A DNA stretch of 63,362 bases, filler included, from Reticulomyxa filosa (GCA_000512085.1; 18 parts of 18 records of this genome joined end to end with filler, not necessarily neighbours in it), one strand, 5' to 3'; positions 1-12,437 are shown, numbered from the whole stretch's first letter. Notes: generated by a model from the letters alone, not told the origin. Made by a program: numbers and translations.

Positions 1-82
1 TTTTTTTTTTTAATTTAAAAAAAAAAAGATCAAATATACATATATATGCATATATATATATATATATATATATATAAATTAC

Positions 83-2295
83 CAGAATAACGCGAATCAT
101 CTTTAAAATCATCGTCAACAAAGAACCCGTGGCTTGATCGCGCTGCAAATAGCACGCGATTCTTGTCCAAAGCAACACGCACTGGAATCCCCAGACCAGC
201 ATATAAAAGGCGGTGAACACTGAGTTCCTCTCGTTCAAAATATCCGTGCATAGCGTGTCATGTGTGGCGACGGTGCTGCCGTGGTTGCACATCCGGACCT
301 GGTCGGTCGAGTTGAGTATGTACGTGCGATGAGCGATGAAGCGCATAAGAAACAACACGACCCAAAAGACCACCATGGCCAAGTCCCAGTAATTGATCCA
401 ATTGGCCAAGTACAGTCTACCTTCAATCATAAACTGTCCGGAATGGAACGAAATAAAGCCCAGATTGAGGAACCACAGCACGTATTCTTGCGTAGTGATA
501 TCCACGTACGGATAGATTTGGAAGTACGTAACCCACGACACGTACGCCACGTATACGCAATACAAAAACGACCTCGTCAGATACTTGCCCAAGGGGCTGA
601 AATAGAACTTGTTGGGCGAAAATGTCAATGCGTCCAAGATTTGGAAATAGCTTTTTTCATTTTGCAGAAAAGGATGTTTGGGATCCAAGTACTCAAACTC
701 ATACCACATTTGCAGCATCAATGGTGACAAGCGTGCAAAGTCCAAAAATGTATCCAAGTTAAAACGTATGGCGATATCAAAGATTGACATTTTATCAATG
801 TCGCAAGGGATCTCCAAGATTATTGCTAACAAGTGGTCACTATCGATCTTTGACAACAAATCTGTCGATATTTTCACATACTTTTCTCCGAAAAATGTAA
901 ACTGGTCCTCTCGACTCACGTCATTTTGTGCTCTTTCCTTCATAAATGCCGCCAGATACAGCGACGTCGCTTCCGGAAATTCGCTCGTTTCGATAATCGC
1001 TTGACACAGTTCGTCCAACGATTGCATGTGCAACTTGCTCAATGACTCGCGATTCTCTTCCAACAGTCTCACTGCTATCGGCGTTGGCAATTGGTTCGCT
1101 AAATAGATCAAACAGTCCCACAGACTGTCGCGGTCTTTCATCACCAGTTGATGCACGCAGAAATACCACAGCGACTTGCCGTATGTCAACACGTCCAAGT
1201 CGTGCAACAGCTTCGGAATCAATGGCTTTGTGCGCATTTTCGATATCATTAGCGCCCCTTCCGGAGGGGGTGACGTCATCGTGCTTGGGGAAATCCCATG
1301 CAACGATGGAATACTATAGTCCATTGTCATTGTCATCGTTCCTATCCCTGTTCCTGTTCCTGTTCCTGTTTCTGTTTCTGTTCCGACACTGTTCCCAACT
1401 CCTGTTCCGACACTGTTCCCGGTTCCCCTTATTCCCATTCCCATCCCTCCGGCCATTCCATAGGAACCGCTTCTCGTAGCAGCAAAGGTGCTACTTTTGT
1501 TTTGAAGGATTCGGCTTCGACGCTCCCATTCTTTGAGCTTGTAATACCTGCGGAACTGCTCGCACCGCGACAGATGCAACGCCGTCACCTTCCGCTCTCG
1601 GTTGAAACGCAGCGCACTCGCCTTGTCAAAGCGACTCTTTGCGAACAAGAGCAGTCCTCGCGACATCACTTTCGTCACAATGCTGGTTTCCTTTTTTTCG
1701 GGCGGCGTGGGCAGAGGCAACGGCTTCAATTGAGTTAATCCCAGCACTGCGTCCTTTACCTTGAGCAAGTGGTAGATCTGCTCCTCCAGCGTTTCCGGAG
1801 GTTTGTATTCTGGAACCACCTTGCGAACTTCCGCGTAAAAAACAAACAAGCGAATCACTTCTTTTAGTTTGCGCAATGTCTATCCCCCCCCCCCGTATTT
1901 TCCATTTTTTATTTTTTATTTTTTCCATTTGCTAATACAAATAAATATATATATATATAATACTATGCATTGCTGATCATGAAACACAAATTGCACTTGA
2001 GCAGATGGGACAAAGAACACGGGATAGTGTCTGCTTGCACTGACGGAAATTTCTCGACCACAGCCAGTGCAAAGGTATTTCTTCTTGCTCGTTTTCTTTG
2101 CCAATTCCGACATGGTCATGTTGTCACGGTGTTGGAATTCGAATCCTCGTAGCCACTCCATTGGCAACGAAGGGGTTTTCACGTCGCAGTAGTCGCTCCT
2201 TCTCCTCAGTAAACTCTCGAAACCACTCGTTTCATTCAAGCCAAGAGTGCTTGCAGTTTGAAATGATACATGGGGTAGCTTTTATATTTGTACAC

Positions 2296-2334
<39 letters not shown>

Positions 2335-2744
2335 TGTATACAATGTGTATATTTGTGTGATTTTTTTTTTTTTTTTTAACATTGGCAAAAGTGCGTGGAA
2401 CATAAATCATGGGATACTTGTTCATCAAATGCCTCGTTTTGATAATCTGCACAGCAATGTCCTTCATGACATCGAACAACAACCCAACGTAAATGTCGGG
2501 CTCGTCTTCTCTGTGATCCTTGTGCTGGAGGGGGACGGAGGTGGCCGCGACAATGGTGTAAAATTGCTTCAGCATGGTATCCCCTTCGGACGCCTCGGTT
2601 TCATCTCCGTCTCTTTTGCAACATTCTTGGAACAATTGAGCAACATCCTTTTCTTTCAGATTCTGAATCCGCTTAATTTGTCGAATCAATGTGTCTTCCG
2701 TCTCATAGCGTTCATACCATATCATTGTCTTGCCTGCATTGCCA

Positions 2745-2806
<62 letters not shown>

Positions 2807-3322
2807 GCTAATATTAATATCAATATTGCTATTGCCATTGAAATATACGTTGGATATTTGCGATCCAGATTCCAATGGCACCGTGTATACTTCTGTCTTT
2901 TGTTCTTTGTTTTCATTTTTATCGTCCTTCACGTTTTTCAACTCTGTCTCTTTCACCTTTGATAATGGACACTCCTCTTTTTCACACTCTTTGGCTTCCA
3001 TGTTTGTTGTGTCCATGCTCCCATAGTTGATCAACTCATTGATCAGGTAATCCACTATGTCATCCCACTCGGGATATTCTTCCAGTTTTCGGATAAAGTA
3101 CTTCTCGATCATTTGATGCTTTCGCTCAATGTTTAGGTGCACTTGTGAGGTCCAACCACTCTTTCCCTCCATCTTTGCTCCCTTATTTCCTACCCCATCC
3201 TCTACTGTTTCTGCTCCTTTGTCAGAGGTTGCTAATTGTGGAGCTGACGAATACAACTGAGATAAAGGAAGAATCACTCGTCCACTAGAAGAACGCACCA
3301 ATACTTGATCCTGTAAGTTCAT
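83..3322 (-). CDS. TRP-family (TRPM/TRPC-like) cation channel, multi-exon, 3'-truncated at window edge
   Basis: Manual translation shows an open exon at 1879->83 (599 codons, AG at 1880-81, GT at 81-82) that is absent from the ORF track. It reads ...LSPLMLQMW...KFYFSPLGKY...EYVLWFLNLGF...YLANWINYWDLAMVVFW...LLWTRIACYLQRDQATGSLLTMILKMIRVIL, i.e. pre-S1 FYxSP and S1 to the S4-S5 linker. Upstream exons at about 1964-2278 and 2381-3322 are joined by inference. Confidence 0.8.
2745..2806 (-). repeat. (AAT)n microsatellite encoding poly-Asn
   Basis: Directly visible trinucleotide run inside ORF 2282..3322. Similar runs at about 19072-19120 and 32420-32540. Confidence 0.95.
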
Positions 3323-3773
3323 GTTTGGACAATTGGCTTTACAACCATTTATTTGGACGAATCTTTTCTATTCCCTCCACGCCCTTTTCTTTTGGTTTAC
3401 ATGTTCAATATAACTTAATTTGCGCTTGTTGCAAACAATATGGCTGTCAAAAGACACAATGTACGAATTAAAATAATTTTTGATTTTCTTTACTCTTTTT
3501 ACAGACATTTGCCGTTACATTCTTAAACTCTTTTTTTTTATGTGTTAAAGAAACAAATTGAAATGCCAATGCTTAGCAGACAATTTTTGAAAAAGCTTAA
3601 ACATTAACTAGTTATAGTTGTCTACTTCATGCCATGAAGTAGTAGTAGTAAAGCAATATTTACAATCCAACTTTGTTTATTAAGATTAAGTAAAAGTTTC
3701 GCCACACGTGGCCAACCAGAACAAAAAAAGGAAATACAAAAGCTTTCTCTTTATTTTTGCTTGTTTTGATCGA

Positions 3774-5110
3774 ATGTCCTGGGATTCTAGTTCTTGGAAT
3801 TCGGCTTCAAGTGAAGGCGAAAACGTCATTTACTCTCTCGAACAAGCAAAATCAGGTAGGAACTACGTGCAAGGTACGAGTACCAACCATCAATACCAAT
3901 AATGACAAAAACAGGACGTTCAAAGTGCCGTGGGGTGAGAAGACGCGTCTGTTGTTTGTCTAATATCTTACTAATGTTTGTTTACATGATCACCAAGTTT
4001 ATTGTTACATTATTATAACTTTTTGAATCAGTGTGGAAAAGTAATCGTGCATCATAGTATTCGAATCAAGTGTGACATTTTTTCGACTGTTTCATGTAAG
4101 TTGTACTTGATCGCTTTTCTTCTATTTTTTTTTTCAACATTTGTTTATGAAAAATAGACCAGAAGGTGTATTACTATCACCTACGCTGCTTTTATCAGTT
4201 GTGTTTTTTTTTTGCCAATCGTATTACACATGCATTTGAGCACAAGTTGGCAAAACAAAAAAAAAAAGAGAACAGACAAAACTTGGACATGTGATTGAAG
4301 CTAAACATATCTATGGATTTTCAAAGCTTCCAAAGAGCAAACAAGATGTGGTAATTGCAGCATTGCAAATGGGTAAAACAATTTTCTTTTTCTCTTTGAT
4401 GGTCTGAATCAATTTTTGATTGGTTGAAAAAAACACATCAACACAGGTGAGTCATCACGACACGGCACTGTTAACGAATTAAATTTTTTATCGAAGATTC
4501 ACAACAGTGACGCTGAAAGGGGTATACAAAAACTTGCTGAGGGCAAAGTCGATGACATGAACAAGACCAAAGTAATTGATGAAGAGTTAACCCGATCGGA
4601 GCAGTACTTATATTTTTTTTGGCAAAATAAGGGCAAAAGATCCCCCGACAGCAGCAAATGGGACCAAATTAAACAAGAGAAAATTACATTGACCCCCAAT
4701 TGGGGTGAATGCTTACATGGTGTCCTGTTGCAATCAAAGGTCGTTCAAAGTTGAAAATACACACTTTTTTTTCATATTGCAAAGAGGACCAATATATTCT
4801 GTGTCTTTATATGCCAACTATAATGAACCAATAGGATGATGGTAAGATCATTGATATTCGGCTTTACGATTGCACTGTAATTTGGACTGAAGGACTTGCT
4901 GGACAGAAAGTGAATTGGAACAAAGTTAATTTATTTACTTTGTTCCGTTTTGTTCTTGTTTTATTTCTTTTGTCACAAGGAAAATTTATCATACTACAGA
5001 AATGTTGGATGAACCCAACAATAGCCAAAGAGTTTATTAATCAGTTTGAGAGCTTATGGAAAGGCAAACATTTTATTGTTTTAAAAAAGTTGACGTGGGA
5101 CTTTTTGTAA
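3774..5110 (+). CDS. PARP-type zinc finger (zf-PARP) protein, multi-exon, with 1-nt frameshift near 3860
   Basis: Spliced pieces give YSLEQAKSGR/TTCK | CGKVIVHHSIRI | YYYHLRCF | HIYGFSKLPKSKQDVV, matching the zf-PARP pattern (AKSGRxxC..C..HxxC..IxGFxxL). Downstream exons to 5110 are uncertain. Confidence 0.65.
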
Positions 5111-5526
5111 TGTTGGTGATTGAAAAAGTAGGAACACTTTTGCAAGAAATTTAGCAAAACTCCTACCTTGTTATTTTTAAATAATAAAACATACTGCAAA
5201 CGCGTTTTTTTCAATTGTACATCCACATTCAAGTATCTTCGAAAGTAAAATAGAGTTTTTATATGCGTCGATTTTTTGTTATCCATGTACACAGTCTTGG
5301 GTCGTGTTTTGGTGCTGAACGAGCCCCACAATTTTTTTTGTGTTCTTACTTTTTGATTTCAACAGCCTAGCCTTTGTTTTGTTCTTTTTTCCCCAGCGGT
5401 CTTCTTTTAAGATATTTTGTTCGTATTCTTGGATTTTTGCTTAGTTTTCTGCTTTTTTCTTTGTCACAGTAAGAACAATAAGTGCAAGCTGGTTAATATA
5501 TCCAAATTGAAGTGGCATTGTCAGCA

Positions 5527-7616
5527 ATGAGTAGCCAGTTTCATAGCACTACTGATTCAATTTCCCAGTGTAAAAGTACAAACCCATTGGATAACATTGG
5601 CATACGATTTCAAGAGAGCAAGGATATAAATACGACTACCTTCCAAACTCTTTCTGGAGAAAGCACCACAGGTGTTAATACCAGCACAAAACCAGAAGCG
5701 AAATCGCCTGCTAAGCCATCCGACCAAACAGAAACGTTCGTAATGGCAAAGAATACAAATCAAACGCAATTACCAGCCGAAGACTGGGTTGGATGTTTTC
5801 TATGTAAATGTTCCCCAGAAGCACCAAATTCATGGTCAAAAAAAAGTGTACGTGTATATGTATGTATAGAAAAGTGACAAACGCCAGCAAATATTGGAAG
5901 AGTCGACAACAAACCTGTTAATCAACTATATTCCACCAGAAATGAACGAAGGCACATTGGCAGCATTATTTTCGCCTTTTGGGACTATGCAAAATATTAA
6001 AATTGTTGTTGATCCGCAAACAAGCTAATATCTCATTGTGTGTTTTTTTCATTTACATTGAACTCACGGAAAAACGCCATGCCCAACAAAAAAAAATGAA
6101 AACAAAGATCGGAGCTGTGGCTACGGGTTTATCAAATACGAGTCCGAAGAAAGTGCAGCCAAAGCACGGCAAGCAATGAACGGTTGAACGTTTGTTTATG
6201 TACTGCTACGCACTATAAGTTGATACATGTACATAAAAAAAAAGGTTACATAATTGGCAAAAAGAAATTGAAAGTGGCATATGCCCGTCCGCAAAGCAAG
6301 GATATTCAAAACTCGAATTTATACGTGACTAACGTCCCGACAGATTGGAACAATGACCGATTGGCACAAGTGTTCAAACCTTTTGGGGTTGTTGTGGAAA
6401 GTCGTATTCTGTTGGATGCAAATGGGAGTTCAAAAGGCGTGGGTTTTGTTCGTATGGATACACATCTCAATGCGTTAAAGGCGGCTCGCAACACCACTGC
6501 CTACACCCTCGACGATGGAAAAGAGCTCATTGTCCAGGTTTTTTGTATTGTTGCTTATATCTTACTGCATCTACTTTCATCATGTTCTGAAAAAAAACTG
6601 CGTTCTTTTCTATTGTCCTCTTGTTGTTTAATGCAGTTGGTGCAAAAGAGGCAGCCTTATCGTTGGAAAGTGAGCATACGCGAAAACATGGACAATCAAG
6701 GATTTTATCCTCGCAAAGTTGAGCGAAGATCAGAACGTGTGCCCGGTGACGAAGTCGATACTTTCAACGCAAATTCGTTTGCGGTTCAAAGTTAAAAGAA
6801 AAAATAATATTTGGTCTATTTTTCTTTTTTTTTTTGCTAATTTTGTTTCTACAGCATGCCAATGACATTTTTTTAACTCCTCGTATATATACACGTACAT
6901 AATGCAACGACGACAAAAATTGACAGGCAGACCCTACAGACGGGGAGTATCGAGCCATTCGTCATTGCATCCCTCGAAGATAAACATCCAAACTGACATG
7001 TTGGAAAATGGTTAATATATTCCTCCTTTTTTTTTTATTTATTTCTTGTCCCTGTATTCAATCAAATACGCCCAATAACTGCCATAGAAAAAAATATGTC
7101 GTTTTATGAGCCGTTCGTGCGACAGACAGCAGCTAAGTGTCAATGTGTTTAGTTGAAAGACGAAGAAAAACAAAGCCTATTTTTCTATTTTCAATACTAA
7201 AGTACTACGACAGACAAAGAGCAAGAGAGTTAGATGAACCAAGTAGGAAAAATACAATGCTGTACAATGTGTTTGTATACAATTTACCAGACTTTTACAC
7301 TATTGATCACTTGATCAAATTGTATGCTCCTTATGGACCTATTCAATCTGTTCATATCCAAAAACCAAGTCGAAATTCGCTTCGTTCTGAGTCACCTTAT
7401 GGAGTTGTCTCTTATTTTTTCCTGGAGATGCCAATCGAGTTTTCAATTCCACATTGACACTCTTTTTTTTTTTTTTTTTTTGTTCTTCTCTTTTTGCAAA
7501 AAATAATCTCTTTTATTGATGTTAACGTGCTATTTGTTTTGATTACATATAAATAGGCAGTGGCACAGACACATAGAAAAAAAGAGCACACTCGCATTTT
7601 GCATGTTACACAATAA
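5527..7616 (+). CDS. ELAV/Hu/Sxl-like RNA-binding protein with three RRMs, multi-exon
   Basis: RRM1 TNLLINYIP...SCGYGFIKY...KKLKVAYARP; RRM2 NSNLYVTNVP...SKGVGFVRM; RRM3 NVFVYNLP. The 3' end is approximate. Confidence 0.85.
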
Positions 7617-8212
7617 TCACCACTATTTTTGCGCAATCCAGGCTCTTTTTGTGATTGTTATATATTTTGTCTCATTTATTTTGACAAATTTCTTTTTTTT
7701 TTTTTTTTTTGTGCACATACCAAAAACGCTGGTGAATTTTCAGAACATGCCAAACTTCAATATTATGCAAAAAGTGTTCTGAAGTAGTTAATTTTGTTGC
7801 AGTTTTTGTCTCTTGCCAACAAAAGGCGTGCTTTTTTTGTTTTTGTTCATCGTTTTGCATAGTGTGTTTTTTTTTTTCTCCAACAATTCATTATTATTTG
7901 CAAGTAGAACATATTTTGAGTATTGAAGAACATATTTTTTTTCCATTCCTTCCTTTTTTTGCACATTAACGAATGCATGGAAATAATCTAACTCTTTTGC
8001 AAGTGAGTTTGAACAAAGGTTGTCCTTTCAGCAACAGCCTTTAAAATTGTAATTATATGTGCTGGGAAATATTGCATGAAAGGCGTTCATTACTTTTTAT
8101 TTCAGTTCTTTTATGAGGGAAAAAAAAATCAATAAACAAAAAATTTTGTGAGTTCAAAAAATCGCATGTTTTGAGTTGTCAAAATTGTTGTTAAGCGACC
8201 AAGAAGAAAGAA

Positions 8213-9718
8213 TCAAAACCCCCAATCGAGCCACTCCCCCAAAAACATGTAGGAATATTTTGTAATAACTTTATATAAAGCTTGTGTGCAAGGTTTATAA
8301 AACTGTCGAAACTGCGCTTCCATTTCGTTACTTGGTTTTCCTTGTGACTTTGCATTGGCATGTTTCTCCTGGTGAATTGGGTAATATTGTGAGTGAACAG
8401 TGAGACAATCGTCAGAATTGTTTGAGATAAGATGTTGACCAGACACAAACCAACAATGAAGTAGACGAAAGTGTTGTTTCCAATCGGAATACAACCACTC
8501 AAATTGGATCATTTTAAATTGATTCAATAAATTGAATTCCAATGCGCTATGAATATAAAACAATACATGAAAAAAATATTGGTTGCTCCATAACTCCACA
8601 CTTCCACGAACATGTGGTTCAATTTGATAATTGACAAATTTTTCGAATAAAAACACACCCATTGCTTCCCTTTCATCCACCAACGTGTCTTCCACATATT
8701 CACCACACACCTTACGCAGTGTGATCGTCTGTGGGTAATACTTTTTATGCAGTCTTCGTAGCAAACAGTTTTCCATTTCTTCGTCCGAAAGGTCAGACTT
8801 CCGGTCAAGTAGACTCGTTTTGCACGATCGCTTGCTAAAGTGCCACGCCGCACTCCACATCTGCAACATAGGATTTCGTAGCACCATTATCAGTCGAATC
8901 TGCGGCAGGTATTTCGCAAAGATTGGGGCAATGAGAGGACTGCGACTATAGCTCGGCGATTTTTGGATCAAAAAGCACCAAGGAAGGGATCTATTGTCCG
9001 AATTGTCGCGAGGGTCCTTACATTTAGGATCACCTTTATTATACGTACATTACAAATACAATATACCTGCATATACCATACGTAATACATATATGTACAT
9101 GTATGCATGCATGATACCTGCGTTCGACTTCATTCGAAATACACCGCGGTGTGCCAAAAAACCACGGATAGTGCAGTGGTTTTGCTCGATAATGTTTGTT
9201 GCCAACTCCGATAACGATTGTTGATGTTGCTTGAATTGAGTAATGTATTTTCGCCATTTTGTGGTCGACCAGTTTGTAAGGCAGTTATAACGATTTATAC
9301 CGTTCCAATAGTGCACTTCTGGGCTTACGAAATGAACATTTTTTATTTTACTAAATTGTGTCACAAATGTCCTTGTTCCCGATTTTGGCGGGCCTAAGTG
9401 CACCAACATGTGCGACAAATGATCCGAGGAATTGTATATGTCTGTAAACGTCTTCCCTATCGATTGCATATACTTACTTAACACTGCCTCTTGGTACGTT
9501 CGGTTTAAATATGGATGCTCCATCTCGTTGCCTACACTCATCCAATCATAGCTTTGTCTTGTTTCATTTGTTAGCTGCCGTTGCTGTAACAGCAGTGCCA
9601 ACGTTGCCAACGTTGCTAACGTTATGAACCCAAGAAAACTTAAATAACCAATTACTCTTGCCCCATGGCAAGACTTTATATCAAACAAAGATGAAATGCT
9701 GTTTTGGTCCATAGGCAA
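8213..9718 (-). CDS. Membrane-anchored (Golgi-type) sulfotransferase, two exons
   Basis: N-terminal TM anchor, 5'-PSB loop GPPKSGTRTF, PEVHYW, KSPSY and 3'-PB LRNP. Intron at about 9034-9117. Confidence 0.85.
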
Positions 9719-9950
9719 TGTATATCTTGATTGCTGCGTACAAAAAAAAATTTTCGTGACTCCCCTTTGTCCTGTTGCTTGTTTTTATTTTTTTAAAATT
9801 TGCTTATTTTTTTCATCCCAAGACAATTTGTGCAAGGACATTGCTTCAATTACAGAGATAAAAGTATTAGTTAGCTATTGATAAAAAGTTTGAAAAGGGC
9901 AAGGTCACGTTGAACGTTATTTTTTTAAAATAGCAAATATCATTGTTTGG

Positions 9951-11468
9951 ATGTCTGCATCATCACAATCAGAAGACAAGGGTAAGAATAGCAAGATTTT
10001 AACGCAAACTCAATTTTGTCGCAACCTGACAAATAACGCGTCAGTATTTCGGCGCAAATTGGCGACGAAAGAAGATGAAGAACAGGGCATGCGAATGCAA
10101 TTGAATTTGAAATTGTCAGAATGGAATGAAAAAACAGTATGTACATTTGGAAGAATGTGTCGAACGTTACTAAACTTTAAGATCCAAAACGTATTAATCA
10201 CGATAGCCAAAGCGAAAGACGACATATCAATGGAGTCAGAGATCAAATCGTCCATTTATGGGGACTCCAACTTACAAATAACCAGGCATTACAATAACCT
10301 TTTCAAATCCCACTCTCGCATCTCCCATCCCGAGAAGATTTCATTTATTACCGAGACAAATAGTGAAAGTGTACTGCGCTTCGACGCTCCTTTGAGCATT
10401 ACACTGGCTCCGGAGAATAAAGAGCCGGAGAACGGAGCCATTACGGAGTGCAAGATGGAGTCATGTGATATTGCGTCCTTGCGCCAGTATTGTAAGGATA
10501 AGACTATGTGGCAGCAGAAAGAAGGCATTTTTAAGCTGATAATTTCGCTATGCGAAGAACAGAGTGGCTCTAAAACCAAGATGGACATTGTGCAATTTTT
10601 GTCATTGTTTTTTTACGAAGTGCGCTGTCAATATCCTTTGCTGCCACACGCACGCATTGAAAAGATGGAGTCCCTCCAGCATGCAAAAAAATATGACTCC
10701 ACAGTTGAAGCAACTGCCTCTGTTCTTTCGAAAAGTTTTGAAATGGTCCCGGTTCTGTGGGATGTGAAGTCCCCTTGCAATGTCACGACAATCATTCAGT
10801 TGATGTCACAAATGCAATGCAACGGTTTCAATATATTAATTCATGTGTTGAATTGCAAAAACTTTAGTCATTACCGAAACGAGGCCTTTAAAAAAAAAAT
10901 TGTCCAAAGTTTGGGGCCATCGTCATCAGACTCCATTTCTATTTCTTTTATCGACTCCGCCAAAAACAGTTTGTTGCGGAGCCAGTTTTTTCCCCCTCCA
11001 AACGCAAGCGTTGAAGAGGCCGAGCACAAGTCGAGTGACAAGGCACGAGTCCATCTGCTTGTGATGACCGGGACTGTGTTTTGTGAATGGCTCGCACTTG
11101 AAAAACAATACTTGCAACATGATATTCGTGTCTTAATTTTGGAGACCGTGTGTTTGAATAAAGACGCGCCGCCCATTGACTTGCATACGTATCGCTTTCA
11201 ATTCGGAAAACGATACTATGGAGTCATTGGCAGAGAAAATATCGGCATCAAACCAAAGTGGCTCTATCAAATTGTCTCCGCTGCCACCTCTCGTTCGGAG
11301 TCACGTACTACTCTTGCACAACAGGCCGAAGACGAGAACGTCGCAGGCTCGTCTCGCGAATGCCAAGTTGTATACGTTGCAACTTCTCAGGTTTTGCCGA
11401 GCTTAAATGCTGCAATTGCCGGCAGTGTTCTGTTGTGGAGTGCTTTCAAACATTGCACAAATACATAA
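9951..11468 (+). CDS. SpoU/TrmH-family (SPOUT) RNA methyltransferase-domain protein
   Basis: Intronless 505-aa ORF with SPOUT motifs DVKSPCNV, VIGRENIGI and PSLNAAIAGSVLLW. Confidence 0.75.
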   Translation: MSASSQSEDKGKNSKILTQTQFCRNLTNNASVFRRKLATKEDEEQGMRMQLNLKLSEWNEKTVCTFGRMCRTLLNFKIQNVLITIAKAKDDISMESEIKSSIYGDSNLQITRHYNNLFKSHSRISHPEKISFITETNSESVLRFDAPLSITLAPENKEPENGAITECKMESCDIASLRQYCKDKTMWQQKEGIFKLIISLCEEQSGSKTKMDIVQFLSLFFYEVRCQYPLLPHARIEKMESLQHAKKYDSTVEATASVLSKSFEMVPVLWDVKSPCNVTTIIQLMSQMQCNGFNILIHVLNCKNFSHYRNEAFKKKIVQSLGPSSSDSISISFIDSAKNSLLRSQFFPPPNASVEEAEHKSSDKARVHLLVMTGTVFCEWLALEKQYLQHDIRVLILETVCLNKDAPPIDLHTYRFQFGKRYYGVIGRENIGIKPKWLYQIVSAATSRSESRTTLAQQAEDENVAGSSRECQVVYVATSQVLPSLNAAIAGSVLLWSAFKHCTNT

Positions 11469-11944
11469 TCCACATTCTATGCGATTTTTTTTTTTTTCAA
11501 AAAAGTGATGTACAAAAGCCTTTGGTGATTATCTTGCTGATTTATATCATCTTGCGTTTGGTCTTTTTTTTTTAAATGAAACTGGACAAAAAAAAGTATT
11601 TACACACAGTTGACTATAAGACCACTACTGTTTTAAGGGAAAGATATTTTGCGTTGTGTGTGGACTTGAAGGAAGTGGTACTACCAACATTTTGTAAATA
11701 TATATCTGGAGCGAATATCTCAACTAGCGTCATTTTAACAAAAATGAAATGTTAGAAGAATAAAAGAAGAAAATATCAAAACGAAAAAATAAAAATAAAT
11801 GGACGACAAAAAACAAATCTCTTGAAAGAATTTGAAAACTTTATTTTTTTTATTTTGGGGGACGCGTCAGCATTTGGAAATAACCCTGAAGCCAAAAGGG
11901 AAAAGAAAACAATTTAAAAAATAATAATAAAAAAGAAAAGCTAA

Positions 11945-12303
11945 ATGGCAATCGAGAATACTCAAAATCTAACATATGCAGACGAAATGGAACCAGAAGT
12001 AGCGTGGGGCCGTTTGGTTCCGAAGTCAAACTCGTACCAAGTGTTTGAGTTAATTGGGGAAGAGATAAAGTTTGGGCGAGACAAGCAGCAAGTGGACTAT
12101 GAAATAACGGAGCTCCAAATATCGAGTTTGCATTGTGTCGTGCACAAAGTAGCGGGGAATAATGAGACACAAATGTATTGCGAAGTACAGACCACAGTAC
12201 AAACGGGACATTTATCAATGAAACGAAAATAGGGAAAGGGAACAAGCAGAAGATGTTTGACGGAGACGAATTGATATTTATTCAAAAGCAGCCAAAAAAA
12301 TCG
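11945..12303 (+). CDS. FHA-domain protein N-terminus (Chk2/CHFR-like), frameshift near 12187, truncated by contig end
   Basis: WGRL...FGR...ISSLHC.../DHSTNGTFIN...GDELIF, spread over two frames. Confidence 0.85.
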
Positions 12304-12337
12304 GGTACTTTTACAAAAAAAATTTTTTTTTTTTTTT

Positions 12338-12437
12338 NNNNNNNNNNNNNNNNNNNNNNNNNNNNNNNNNNNNNNNNNNNNTTAATTAATTAANNNNNNN
12401 NNNNNNNNNNNNNNNNNNNNNNNNNNNNNNNNNNNNN
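12338..12437. other. Artificial contig-joining spacer (first of 17)
   Basis: N44-TTAATTAATTAA-N44. Identical spacers start at 18544, 22156, 23256, 30552, 33765, 36896, 38000, 39232, 41436, 43465, 46346, 54142, 55779, 57664, 59777 and 61547. Confidence 0.98.

Noticed and set aside
258-260. In-frame TGA upstream of ORF 30..251 suggesting selenocysteine or an alternative code
   Set aside because: Wrong frame: the true TRP frame is open here. TGA, TAA and TAG all act as normal stops elsewhere.
260-1738. Plus-strand ORFs 260..727, 678..1004, 1042..1479 and 1298..1738
   Set aside because: They are antisense shadows of the TRP exon.
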